Part shown: piece by piece, positions 55,300-64,000 of the stretch
How positions within the stretch are numbered: position 1 is the first letter of the stretch
Layout: each line of letters opens with the position of its first letter
IMG/VR virus record: IMGVR_UViG_3300048853_000062
Location: 4,853-68,852 of that record
Source of the DNA: a virus
Lineage: Duplodnaviria; Caudoviricetes
DNA: 64,000 bases
Direction: 5' to 3' (one strand)
Translations under genes and position numbers: made by a program
Notes under the pieces: model-generated
Database searches by the model: none
What the model saw: the letters and a program-made list of their open reading frames with translations, nothing else
Told to the model about the DNA's origin: nothing

Positions 55300-55413
55300 G
55301 CGGTGGGAGTGTAGCCAGCTACCCCGCATGATCACATCAGGATGGTGCGAACTCACGTTGCACCACCTTTCCTTCGGCCGTGCTGTCGACGACAGCACCG
55401 ATTTGTGTATCCG

Positions 55414-55448
55414 CTGATCACGCCTGATGCCGACTGATGTCCGCTGAT
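55414..55448 (+). repeat. Four CTGAT direct repeats at 10-bp period (candidate Xis sites in the attR arm)
   Basis: CTGAT at 55414, 55424, 55434 and 55444, ending 40 bp left of the att core. Confidence 0.6.
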
Positions 55449-55451
55449 ACC

Positions 55452-56610
55452 TCATCGCGAGGTCAGCGACCAAAACGCCAGCGGGGTAAGGGGTTCGAAT
55501 CCCCTTAGCTCCACCAAAGAGGTCTTAGTTGAACCCGCGCCCGAAAGGATGTCGGCAAGAGTAGGAGCTAACCCAGAAGAATACCGATCATCAGCTGCTC
55601 GATCCGAGGCTCCCGCAAGGGGGCCTCGTTTCGTAGTTGTTGTCGATGCTGTGGTCCCAGTTCGCGCGGCTGTTGTCAATTTCACGGCAGCGTGAAGTTC
55701 GTCGAACGGCGCCTTCAGTTCACTCGTCTGCACGCCTTGGTCGTCGAGGAAGATGCGTTGGTAGTAGGTCTCATTGAGATTCCGGCGAATCGAGTCTGTG
55801 CCGCGGGCGTACGTCACCGCGGGGTCGGACATCAGATCAAGAGCGCCGAAAAGCACTTCGGCACCGACAGCAAGCACTTCGCCGGTGTTGGCGAGTCGGG
55901 CCTCCGTGACGTTCCGTTCGGTCTGGATCTTGCGCAACTTCTCCCTCACCTTCGCCTGCGGGAGTCGGTCGTCGGCGAGCAGGTCAAGAAGCCGATCTTT
56001 CTTGGCCTCTAGCTCCCTAAGCTTGCGGCTGACGGCTGCGTGCCGTTCGGCGGTGCTGCGTTGTTCTTCGCCGAGCGCTTCGTCGAGCAGTTGGCGCACC
56101 TGTCGATGAAGTTGGTCGGCAGATCCAGCGTTGTGTAGTGGTCGACGATGGCCTGCTCGACGTGGGCGGCTGGTAGGTACGGCAGATCGCAAACGCCGTC
56201 CTGGCGGCCGCGGCACAGGAAATACCCGTAGCGGTTGCCGAACCGATTGGTCGCTTCGGTGTAGATCAGGCGTGAGGTGCGTTCGTTTCTCTCGCAGCGG
56301 TCGCAGAACAGAATGCCTTTGAGGTAGTGCTGGAGGACTCGGTCACCTTGGCCGCTCTTGCTGCGGAAGGCGATCACTTCCTGGACCCTGTCGAACAAAA
56401 GGGGGTCAACAATCGGTTCGTGCCGTCCGTCGTAGATCTCGCCTTTGTAGACGATGCAGCCGATGTAGTAGCGGTCTTGCAACATCCGGTGCAGCCACTT
56501 GAAGGTGACGGGACGTTCTGGGAGCCCGCCCGCGGCGCGTGCCGTGAGACCGAGGTCGGCCATCGTTGCTTCCAGTCGTTCGAGTCCGTAGTCGCCGGTG
56601 GCGTAGAAGA
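55452..56610 (-). pseudogene. Large serine recombinase: N-terminal catalytic domain missing and 1-nt frameshift at ~56102
   Basis: YATGDY...MLQDRYYIG...GRHEPIV recombinase domain, CDRC/YFLC zinc ribbon, coiled coil; restoring GAC-CAG joins ORFs 56009-56662 and 55452-56216. Confidence 0.85.
55489..55516 (+). other. Prophage attR core: 3' end of a tRNA-Ala (T-arm plus acceptor strand plus CCA)
   Basis: AGGGGTTCGAATCCCCTTAGCTCCACCA; T-stem AGGGG/CCCCT with TTCGAAT loop; no D-arm or anticodon arm upstream. Confidence 0.85.
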
Positions 56611-57236
56611 ATTCAAGCTCTTCGACAGAGACGACCAGAAATTCATGGAAGGTCTGTTCCATGAGATACCTTCAGACCCAACCGCAGACAGCACCTTCGT
56701 GGATGACGACGAGTCGAATGGCGATGACGACACGGGATATTCCGATGATTCGTTGCAGATCAAGCAATCGACAGAGCTAAGTGACATCACTGCTACCTTC
56801 GTCGATGAGGACAGGTTGGGTGCGATCACGGGTCAGTACAACAACTTGAGCCCCGAGGAACGGGGCGGCTTTCCTGAAGCAGCTCGGAATCGACTCGGGT
56901 GAGATAAATGAGATCAAACCAAAGAAGATCAAACCGATTCAGGAACGTCAGGCGAAGAGGAGAAACCTCAACGAGCATGCTAAGTCGATAACGACAGATA
57001 TATTGAAGCATCTTGGCGTCAAGCTGTATGATCGAGATTTTAATCCGCGGTTCAGGAATTTTGCTTTTGTTCAGCAGCACGTCAATCGATGGATAAATTC
57101 AGACCTAGGAATCAAAGCAAAAGAGCGAAGCCAGCTTTCACTGGCGCAGCTCAAAGAATACGAAGAAGCTGGTCGCTTTGATTTACTAGTCCAGAAGGGT
57201 ATAGATCACTACACGGCCATCTCAAAGAAAAAGTAA
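56611..57236 (+). pseudogene. 3' fragment of an unidentified gene (acidic linker plus basic helical C-terminus), frameshifted at GGGG 56862-56865
   Basis: Removing one G gives YNNLSPEERAAFLKQLGIDSGEINEIKPKK...HYTAISKKK; AT-rich; no 5' end. Confidence 0.6.
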
Positions 57237-57577
57237 TGCTTTTAGATGATACCTCTACTTTTCGGTAGGCTTCATCTAAAGGAAAAGCAGAATCTAGACG
57301 TAGCGTTCCTTTACGGTGAAGGGGTCGGGTGGTTGTTGTCCGACATAATCGGGTGCCGAGCCTGAAATGACACCGTGGCGAAGGCATTGCTGAGCGCGTT
57401 ATCGACCAACGCCGTCGGAACGATTCAGCGAGCGTGCAGTGGTACCACGACAGGCGTGAATGGCTCGATCCGCGACGAAGGCACTTAGCGATCTCCCCCG
57501 TGCGTATCCCTCGTTTTTACCCTGACTCAGTAGCGCACGGCGGACGGCACCCGGCCGCCGAGGTAGAGAAACACCGC

Positions 57578-58072
57578 CTAACGGTGGTAGTGCGCATATA
57601 CGTGCTTAATGTGTGCGATCAGCATCATCTCGCGCGCGATGGCATCAGAATTCTTTGTCAAAGTTCTGCCATCGAGGTAGACCCGTCGGTCGACGACATA
57701 GTTGTAGAACCCAACCCCGATGATGTCGTTAGCTTGCCAGCTCAAGTTGGCTCGCTTGTGCAGAACCCAGGAAGACAAGAGTGCCCCTAGGTCATCGCGG
57801 GTCAGATCGTTCACGCGAGCGAGAATCGCGCCCATGAACGTGAGGTCTGCTGGGTCGCCGAAGTTCAGCTGTCGCTGTCCAGTTGCTTCCGACATCCTGA
57901 GGTTAACGTCCGAATAGGCGGTTCCCATAGGATCGGCCCTGCGTGCCGTCTGCACCTTGGCGACGAGGAAGTCGATGACTGCGTGGACATAGCGGTCCGC
58001 CTCCTCCTCGTCGAAGCCGGCCTGCGCGGCGTAGCGGTAGAAGCGCTCGGCGTATAACTCACGTTGGGTCAT
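57578..58072 (-). CDS. Hypothetical protein
   Basis: 164-aa ORF, AGGAG RBS, divergent from the ATPase/protease pair. Confidence 0.7.
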   Translation of the reverse strand: MTQRELYAERFYRYAAQAGFDEEEADRYVHAVIDFLVAKVQTARRADPMGTAYSDVNLRMSEATGQRQLNFGDPADLTFMGAILARVNDLTRDDLGALLSSWVLHKRANLSWQANDIIGVGFYNYVVDRRVYLDGRTLTKNSDAIAREMMLIAHIKHVYAHYHR

Positions 58073-58326
58073 GGGTCGCTCCTGCTGTCGGGACTGCCGT
58101 CGTGCGCAGTCGCGTCCGGTTGTAGGGACGAGGTGTGCGGGCGGTTCATGTCGGTGGCGAGCGGCATCGTATTACTTGGCGGCTTCATCATGGCGCGTTC
58201 GTCGGATGCGACCTGAGTCAAGCCCCGACGGGCGTGGTTTGATCTGATAGGGGTGCGTCGCTGGGTAGACTCGGTCTGCGATCTGCCGACCTGGTCAGGG
58301 CGCGATGAACTGGAGGGAGGTCGGCT

Positions 58327-59325
58327 ATGGCAACGAATGACCAGCTCAAGGCGCTTGTCAAGAGCCATGCCGACCGCGACGATCCCCAGTTCTATTCCGT
58401 CGCCATGCAGGTTGCGGCGAAGGCCGCTCGGGCCGGGCAGGGCAAGTTCGCTCAGGAGCTTCGTAACCTTATTGATGATTTGCGCGAGCGGGGAGTAGCG
58501 CAGTCACGAATTGCCGCGGTCGTGCCGGTCACTCAACCACGCGGCGAGCTCAGTTCGTTGCTTACCGTCAGTTATCCTGATGCGCGCGCCGCTGACTTAG
58601 TCCTTTCGCCCGCACTTGGGCAACAGCTGCGACAGGTTCTCCTTGAACAGCGGCAACGTGATGTCTTGCGGCGCCACGGACTTCGTCCGGCCAGCCGCGT
58701 CCTCCTGATTGGGCCACCTGGGACCGGAAAGACGTCGACGGCGAGAGTCATTGCAGGCGAACTCGGCTTGCCGTTGTTCGCCATCCGGCTCGACACGATC
58801 ATCACCAAGTACATGGGGGAGACCGCGGCCAAGCTGCGCCTGATCTTCGATGCACTCGTGGAAACGCAAGGCATCTACCTCTTCGATGAGGTAGATGCGC
58901 TGGCTGGTGATCGCGCGGCTTCGAACGATGTTGGCGAGATTCGTCGTGTCCTGAACTCGTTTCTGCAGTTTCTGGAGGAAGACCGGTCCGATAGCGTCGT
59001 GGTTGCTGCGACGAATCATCCGCAGTTGCTTGACATTGCGCTCTTGCGACGCTTCGACACTGTCATGGATTTCGCGCTACCGAATGATGACGGTATTCGC
59101 GCTGTCATCACTAACCGGCTCACCTCTTTGCTTAGTGCCAATTTGAGCTGGAAACGCGTGATTGAAGCTGCGGGGGGTCTGAGTCACGCGGAGATCACGA
59201 TCGCCGCTGAAAATGCCGCCAAGCGGACGGTGCTTTCGGGTCGAAAGCGAACTCTGACTGACGATCTCGTGACAGCACTTAAAGAGCGACCGCGGACGAG
59301 GGCGCGGCGTGACTCGATTCCATAG
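58327..59325 (+). CDS. ietA: AAA+ ATPase (IetA-like)
   Basis: GPPGTGKT, LFDEVD, VLNSFLQFLE, AATNHPQLLDIALLRRFD; GGAGG RBS. Confidence 0.85.
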   Translation: MATNDQLKALVKSHADRDDPQFYSVAMQVAAKAARAGQGKFAQELRNLIDDLRERGVAQSRIAAVVPVTQPRGELSSLLTVSYPDARAADLVLSPALGQQLRQVLLEQRQRDVLRRHGLRPASRVLLIGPPGTGKTSTARVIAGELGLPLFAIRLDTIITKYMGETAAKLRLIFDALVETQGIYLFDEVDALAGDRAASNDVGEIRRVLNSFLQFLEEDRSDSVVVAATNHPQLLDIALLRRFDTVMDFALPNDDGIRAVITNRLTSLLSANLSWKRVIEAAGGLSHAEITIAAENAAKRTVLSGRKRTLTDDLVTALKERPRTRARRDSIP

Positions 59326-59330
59326 GCAGC

Positions 59331-61883
59331 ATGGCTGAACGCGATAGACCGCACATTGTGGTGCCGGCCCTCCCGGCATCCGAGCCGTTCACCCTCGCAG
59401 GCGCCGGCGGCGGAACTGAAAAGGAGCCGTTCACTGGGGACCGGGCGGGTCACGGTCGTCGGCTCGCACGAGAGCTTCAGGACGCGTTGGCTCCGACCAG
59501 TGATGAACCCGAATCCGCTGGGATCTACATAACTTTCGTGTCTTTCCCAGGGCTGGAGCTCGCGTTGGAGAGTCTGGACCCACAGTCCGCGGGTGAACAG
59601 CCCGAGTTGCTAGTGGTGCGCGAGGTTGAGACCGCGGACGGCGCTGTTCAGATGGCAACTGTCTACATACCCGACGGGAAGAAGGAGTACTTCCTTAAGC
59701 GTCTCACCGCCTATACCGACACAGCGACGAACGACAAGGCGCGGCATGCTGCGCTTGTTGAGGCTATTCAGTCCATTCGGCGGGCGACGATTCGTGAGTT
59801 GTGGACCGACCCGGAGGACCTGTTCCCGGACGACCAACGAGAGTCGCGGTGGTGGGAGGTGTGGTTACGCAACCGCGACAACCATGAGCGCGAGAGGTTT
59901 ACCGCGTTCGTGGCGGAACGACAATTGCGTACCAGCCAGCACTACCTCGGATTCGGCGACAGAACCGTAGTCCTGCTGCGCGCGACAGCTGATGAGCTAT
60001 CTCAGACGTTCGAATCACTCGATGACATCGCTGAGCTACGGCGACCGCATGATGTCGCGAGTTTCCTCACTGAGCTCCCCGCCTTCGAGCAGACATCGTG
60101 GGCAGAGGACCTACTGAACCGTCTGCAGCCCGCCGGTGACGGGGCTCCTGTGGTTTGCCTGCTAGACACCGGAGTGCAAGACAGTCATCCGCTGCTGACT
60201 GCATCGCTTGATGCATCCGACCTACATGTAGCCGACGCTACTTGGCAACTGCAACCGCAGAATCCGCACGGAACAGAGATGGCAGGTCTTGCCCTCTACG
60301 GAGATGTTCAAGCCGCCATCACCGACGGCGCTACGGTCCAACTCCGACACCGGTTGGAATCCGTAAAGTTCTTGCCCGACAACGGTGTTAACGACCCCGA
60401 TCTTTACGGTGCGGTCACTGCCCGCTCAGTCGACCGACCTGAGATTCAAGCGGCCGACCGCCCCCGTGTCTTTATGCTCGCCGTCACCGCGCCGCGGCCC
60501 GACTCCACCGATAGCGTCACCGAGCCTACCGAGCGTCATGAGGCGGGCCGCCCTACATCTTGGTCAGCGACCATCGACGCACTTGCCTTCGGCAGGGCTA
60601 TCGATGACACCGACCCCGAGTTCACCTACTTGGACCGTGACGAACCGCGTCGACCCCGACTGTTCGTTGTCTCGGCCGGAAACATCAGAGATATTAGAGC
60701 CACCGACGACCACCTTGCCCGCAGTGATGTGGAACCCGTCGAAGACCCGGCGCAATCGTGGAACGCACTCACAGTGGGTGCGTACTCGGCGCACGACGAC
60801 ATGGCTGGTGCGCCAACGGGATTCGAGGGCTACACGCCGATTGCGCCGCGTGGCGAACTCGCCCCGGTTAGCCGTACCTCGGTGGTGTTCGACCGGAAGA
60901 AGTGGCCGTTCAAACCCGACGTAGTGGCCGACGGCGGGAACGTAGCCACTTCGCTGGACCACACCGGAGTTGATACGCCCCCCAACCTGGCATTGCTTAC
61001 AACTCGACTGCAAGGATCGGGCCAAGGTCTCTTCACCACAACACGCGATACCTCCGCAGCGACGGCTCAGGTCGCAGCGATCGCTGCCGATATTCAAGCC
61101 GCCTATCCAACTCTCAAGCCCGAGACAGTACGTGGGCTCATCGTCCACTCGGCGCAATGGACCGAAGCGATGCGAAACCGCTTCGCATCGGAGTCGAACA
61201 AGACTCGCCTTGCCAGCCTGCTACGCCGATACGGCATGGGCGTGCCCGACGCTGGACGGGCACTCCGAAGCGCAGTCGACGCGCTCACTCTCATTGCGGA
61301 GGCACGCATACACCCATACGAACAAGAAGCCGGAAGCGCAGCAAAAGTCCGCGAGATGAACCTTCATCAGCTCCCCTGGCCGACAGACGAGTTGGCGTCC
61401 CTGGGCGAGGTGATAGTTCGCCTACGCGTCACACTGTCCTATTTCGTCGAGCCAAATCCCTCCAGTCGCGGCTGGACGGGCAGATACGTGTATCCCTCCC
61501 ACGGGTTAAGGTTCGCGACGCGGCGACCGGAGGACAGCGTCGAGACGTTCCGCCAGCGAATCAACACTCGGGCACGCGCCGAAGGCCAAAAACCACCATC
61601 GCTTGACACCGAGGTGGGCTGGCTGTTCGGGAGTAACCAGCAACAAAGCCCGGGGTCACTCCACACCGATGTGTGGTGCGGTTCGGCCGTTGCGCTGGCC
61701 AGCAAAGGCGCCGTGGCGGTGTACCCCGTCGCGGGATGGTGGAAGAACCGAAGGCGCTATGACCAAAGCGATCAGGGAGTCGACTACTCGCTGATTGTCA
61801 GCATCGAGTCACCTGAGGTCGAGATCGATCTGTGGACACCGGTTGCGCAGCAGATCTCGGCTGAAGTGCAGATCGAGACGTGA
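59331..61883 (+). CDS. ietS: S8 subtilisin-like serine protease (IetS/Y4bN-like)
   Basis: Triad motifs LLDTGV, HGTEMAG and DTSAATA; VSAGN oxyanion motif; KPDVVADGGN. Confidence 0.85.
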   Translation: MAERDRPHIVVPALPASEPFTLAGAGGGTEKEPFTGDRAGHGRRLARELQDALAPTSDEPESAGIYITFVSFPGLELALESLDPQSAGEQPELLVVREVETADGAVQMATVYIPDGKKEYFLKRLTAYTDTATNDKARHAALVEAIQSIRRATIRELWTDPEDLFPDDQRESRWWEVWLRNRDNHERERFTAFVAERQLRTSQHYLGFGDRTVVLLRATADELSQTFESLDDIAELRRPHDVASFLTELPAFEQTSWAEDLLNRLQPAGDGAPVVCLLDTGVQDSHPLLTASLDASDLHVADATWQLQPQNPHGTEMAGLALYGDVQAAITDGATVQLRHRLESVKFLPDNGVNDPDLYGAVTARSVDRPEIQAADRPRVFMLAVTAPRPDSTDSVTEPTERHEAGRPTSWSATIDALAFGRAIDDTDPEFTYLDRDEPRRPRLFVVSAGNIRDIRATDDHLARSDVEPVEDPAQSWNALTVGAYSAHDDMAGAPTGFEGYTPIAPRGELAPVSRTSVVFDRKKWPFKPDVVADGGNVATSLDHTGVDTPPNLALLTTRLQGSGQGLFTTTRDTSAATAQVAAIAADIQAAYPTLKPETVRGLIVHSAQWTEAMRNRFASESNKTRLASLLRRYGMGVPDAGRALRSAVDALTLIAEARIHPYEQEAGSAAKVREMNLHQLPWPTDELASLGEVIVRLRVTLSYFVEPNPSSRGWTGRYVYPSHGLRFATRRPEDSVETFRQRINTRARAEGQKPPSLDTEVGWLFGSNQQQSPGSLHTDVWCGSAVALASKGAVAVYPVAGWWKNRRRYDQSDQGVDYSLIVSIESPEVEIDLWTPVAQQISAEVQIET

Positions 61884-61975
61884 GAGCGCCGTCGGTGGCC
61901 ATGTCTATCGTGTAAACCGCAGCCGCGAACCCGTACGGAAACGGCCAATCGATCGCCTACTTGGAGAGGAGCGGC

Positions 61976-63151
61976 ATGAAGGTCTTCATCTCCTCGGTCA
62001 CGTATCTGCTCAAGGGGGAGCGCGGGGCACTCCCGCCGTTCCTGAAGTTGTTCGATCACGAGCCGCTGAGGTTCGAGGACTTCGAAGCCCAGGACCGGTC
62101 GAGCCGGGAGGCATGCCTGGCCGGGGTCGAGGCGGCGGACGTCTACGTCCTCTTGCTTGGCCCGCGTTATGGAACACCGTTTCCCGATACCGGTCTGTCT
62201 CCGACGGCGGAGGAGTTCCGGCGCGCTCGTCAACGTGACATCCCCATCCTTGTGTTCAACAAGACCACGGATGAGAAAGACGAACCGGCCCAAGTTGGCT
62301 TCAAGAACGAGGTCGGCCACTACGTGAACGGGCGCCTGTGGCGTTCGTTCACCGATCCGGCCAGCTGCAATCAGGCGGTCGGCGAAGCGTTGAAAGCACT
62401 TGACGCAGAACAGGGTCCGATTCCGCGCACGACACCGCAGGAACCTGTGACGGTGCCGTGGTTGAGCGAGATCCAGCTTAAGGCGGCCATAATTCCGGCA
62501 AGCGGATTCGTCGGCGGGCGCAACGGCGCCGTGCCGACCTCGGTGTCCGCGCCGGTTCTCGAATTCCACGTGCTGGGTATCGGCGTCACGAGCGCGCCCA
62601 GTCTGCGGCAACTCGAAGACCGCGCTCGGCAGTTGGCGCGCGACATGCGCTACATCGGGTTTGTCTCGGACGGTGATCAGTTGGTCGTCGGGGCCGCCGA
62701 CGGTTTCGGGTGGGCGGTGCGTCCACCGGCTACGTCTTCGTCGGGTTCGTTCCCCGAGCAGCTAACCGTCGAGCAATTCCGCGGTGCACTCATCCACCCG
62801 GCAGGAGTGTGCGCGTTCCGGTCGCTCGACACCGACATTATTGGTGCACTAGTCGACCAAAAGAGCCTGCAGACCGACCTCGCTTCGCTGTTCGCCGTTA
62901 TCTCGGCACAGCTCCCCGAGGCAGAGTGGGCCGCACTGGCCGCCGGGTTGTCTCGGGCAGACCGGGTCGGCGAGGGTGACCCGCGCATCGTCGGGACTCG
63001 CAACGCAGGGCGGCTGGGGATGACGGGACTGGCCGAACTCCGAGCCGGTGGCGACTTCGTAGTACCGACCCGTCGGCTCGCAGGTTCGTTTGGCGATCTC
63101 GGTGCAGATCTGGCGCACGCGATCATCGCGCAGCTTAGGCAACGGCGGTAG
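61976..63151 (+). CDS. DUF4062 (TIR/NDT-like) domain protein with an unknown C-terminal domain
   Basis: MKVFISS...ER...CLAGVEAADVYVLLLGPRYG...SPTAEEFRRA. Confidence 0.85.
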   Translation: MKVFISSVTYLLKGERGALPPFLKLFDHEPLRFEDFEAQDRSSREACLAGVEAADVYVLLLGPRYGTPFPDTGLSPTAEEFRRARQRDIPILVFNKTTDEKDEPAQVGFKNEVGHYVNGRLWRSFTDPASCNQAVGEALKALDAEQGPIPRTTPQEPVTVPWLSEIQLKAAIIPASGFVGGRNGAVPTSVSAPVLEFHVLGIGVTSAPSLRQLEDRARQLARDMRYIGFVSDGDQLVVGAADGFGWAVRPPATSSSGSFPEQLTVEQFRGALIHPAGVCAFRSLDTDIIGALVDQKSLQTDLASLFAVISAQLPEAEWAALAAGLSRADRVGEGDPRIVGTRNAGRLGMTGLAELRAGGDFVVPTRRLAGSFGDLGADLAHAIIAQLRQRR

Positions 63152-63228
63152 GTGGCAACGCAACATGCGCCCTTATTGACGCAGTGCGCTTCCGGCGACC
63201 ACGGCGCGTGGTCATTGCGGATCGAACG

Positions 63229-63666
63229 TCAGATCCAGCCTGGCCGACCTCGCAACTGAAGGCCCTGCCGCCGAAGAGCCGTGGCGACGGTCGTGTGTGA
63301 GACACCGTAGCGATCACCAAGCCAAGCCAGCGATTTCCCCGCAGCGTAGAGGGTTGCGGCCTCATTGACCTGTTCGTCATTCATGCCTTGACGGCGGATA
63401 GCGACCCCTTCTTCGCAGAGCACGTCTGCGACGCGAGTCTTGGAGATGCCGTACCGGTTGCCGATCCCCTGAGTGGTCTCGCCGACCTGGTAGCGGTGCA
63501 CAATGTCGATGACATCTTCGGTGGTCAGGAAGCGTTTGGAGCGGGGTCTCGGACCCTCCTGAGCCGATAGAGATGGTCATGCTGGTGATTCGGTGATGCG
63601 TTTACGCAGGTCAGCCCAATTGTTACAGAGGTGACCGAGGTTCGAGTTTCTTCCTATTGCCTCCAC
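63229..63666 (-). pseudogene. Tandem-HTH protein beginning at the att core; in-frame TGA at codon 30
   Basis: GTG GAG at 63666 is in frame with ORF 63229-63501; HTHs TTQGIGNRYGISKTRV and SLAWLGDRYGVSHTTV; TGA at 63579-63577. Confidence 0.65.
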
Positions 63667-63667
63667 C
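63661..63667 (+). other. Right att core (CTCCACC) of the serine-recombinase island
   Basis: Identical to the last bases of the tRNA-Ala fragment at 55509-55515. Confidence 0.6.
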
Positions 63668-64000
63668 CATCAACAGCAGGTCACAGGCTCAGCCTGGGCC
63701 TTAACAAGACACGGGCGCACAGCGCCGGTGGTCGCCAGGTCGAGTTCATCAGGCGCCAGGCGAAGACCGACGCCTAGTCCGGATGCTGCAGTCGAGCAGC
63801 GCTCATGCAACGGATTCCAGCGCATCGATCCTGACCGGCTACGAAATGGCGGGTTGTGCCACTTTTGCGACGCAAGCCCGGCAAACGGCGACTACATTCG
63901 CAGACGTAACGCGCACGACGTCACTTCGCGGGGGTGGAGATGGACGAACACGACCGTCGATGGCTGTCCGCGGTGGTGCGTCAATGCAGCGACGAGCAGC

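Larger units (their letters stand above)
1..55516. mobile_element. Temperate siphovirus prophage (left end and integrase outside window; right end at tRNA-Ala-derived attR)
   Basis: Canonical order: repressor/cro/antirepressor, replication, terminase, portal, capsid, tail, tape measure, lysA/holin/lysB, then a 28-bp tRNA 3' fragment at 55489-55516. Confidence 0.95.
55509..63667. mobile_element. Decayed serine-recombinase genomic island with defence cargo
   Basis: CTCCACC direct repeat at 55509-55515 and 63661-63667; recombinase remnant at the left end, HTH remnant at the right end. Confidence 0.7.

Noticed and set aside
55441-55516. Complete tRNA-Ala gene
   Set aside because: Only the T-arm and 3' acceptor strand are present; the upstream sequence cannot form the D-arm, anticodon arm or 5' acceptor strand, so it is treated as attR.
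56009-56662. Intact stand-alone recombinase starting at ATG 56662
   Set aside because: The first ~17 codons come from the antisense strand of the neighbouring fragment, the catalytic serine domain is absent, and the ORF goes out of frame at ~56102.
63636-63668. Second tRNA remnant (GGTTCGAG...CTCCACC)
   Set aside because: No T-stem pairing and wrong spacing; only the 7-bp core is kept as an att candidate.
63700-64000. Coding or structured RNA feature right of the island
   Set aside because: No convincing ORF or fold within the remaining 300 bp.

Overview
High-GC actinobacterial DNA. The host is most likely Mycobacterium or Mycolicibacterium, judging from WhiB, lysin B, DUF732, CDGP and DUF2510 genes. 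Positions 1-55516 are most of a temperate siphovirus prophage; its left end, attL and integrase lie outside the window. It contains an immunity cassette, early and replication genes, packaging, head, tail and lysis modules, and a right-arm accessory region. It ends at a 28-bp copy of the 3' end of a tRNA-Ala (attR, 55489-55516). Directly abutting is a second, decayed island (55509-63667), bounded by a CTCCACC core. It carries a broken large serine recombinase, an AAA+ ATPase/S8 protease (IetAS-type) pair and a DUF4062 (TIR-like) gene. Most notable observations: (1) recombination between the island's two cores would fuse the recombinase C-terminus in frame to an HTH ORF at the far end of the island; (2) a complete HigB-HigA-SecB-like toxin-antitoxin-chaperone (TAC) operon with its own promoter sits between the prophage repressor and its ImmA protease; (3) a MuF head protein is fused to a QxE-type ADP-ribosyltransferase and followed by a small putative immunity gene with its own promoter and terminator; (4) the tail assembly chaperone frameshift appears to be +1 rather than -1. 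All product calls come from motif recognition by eye; no database search was run.
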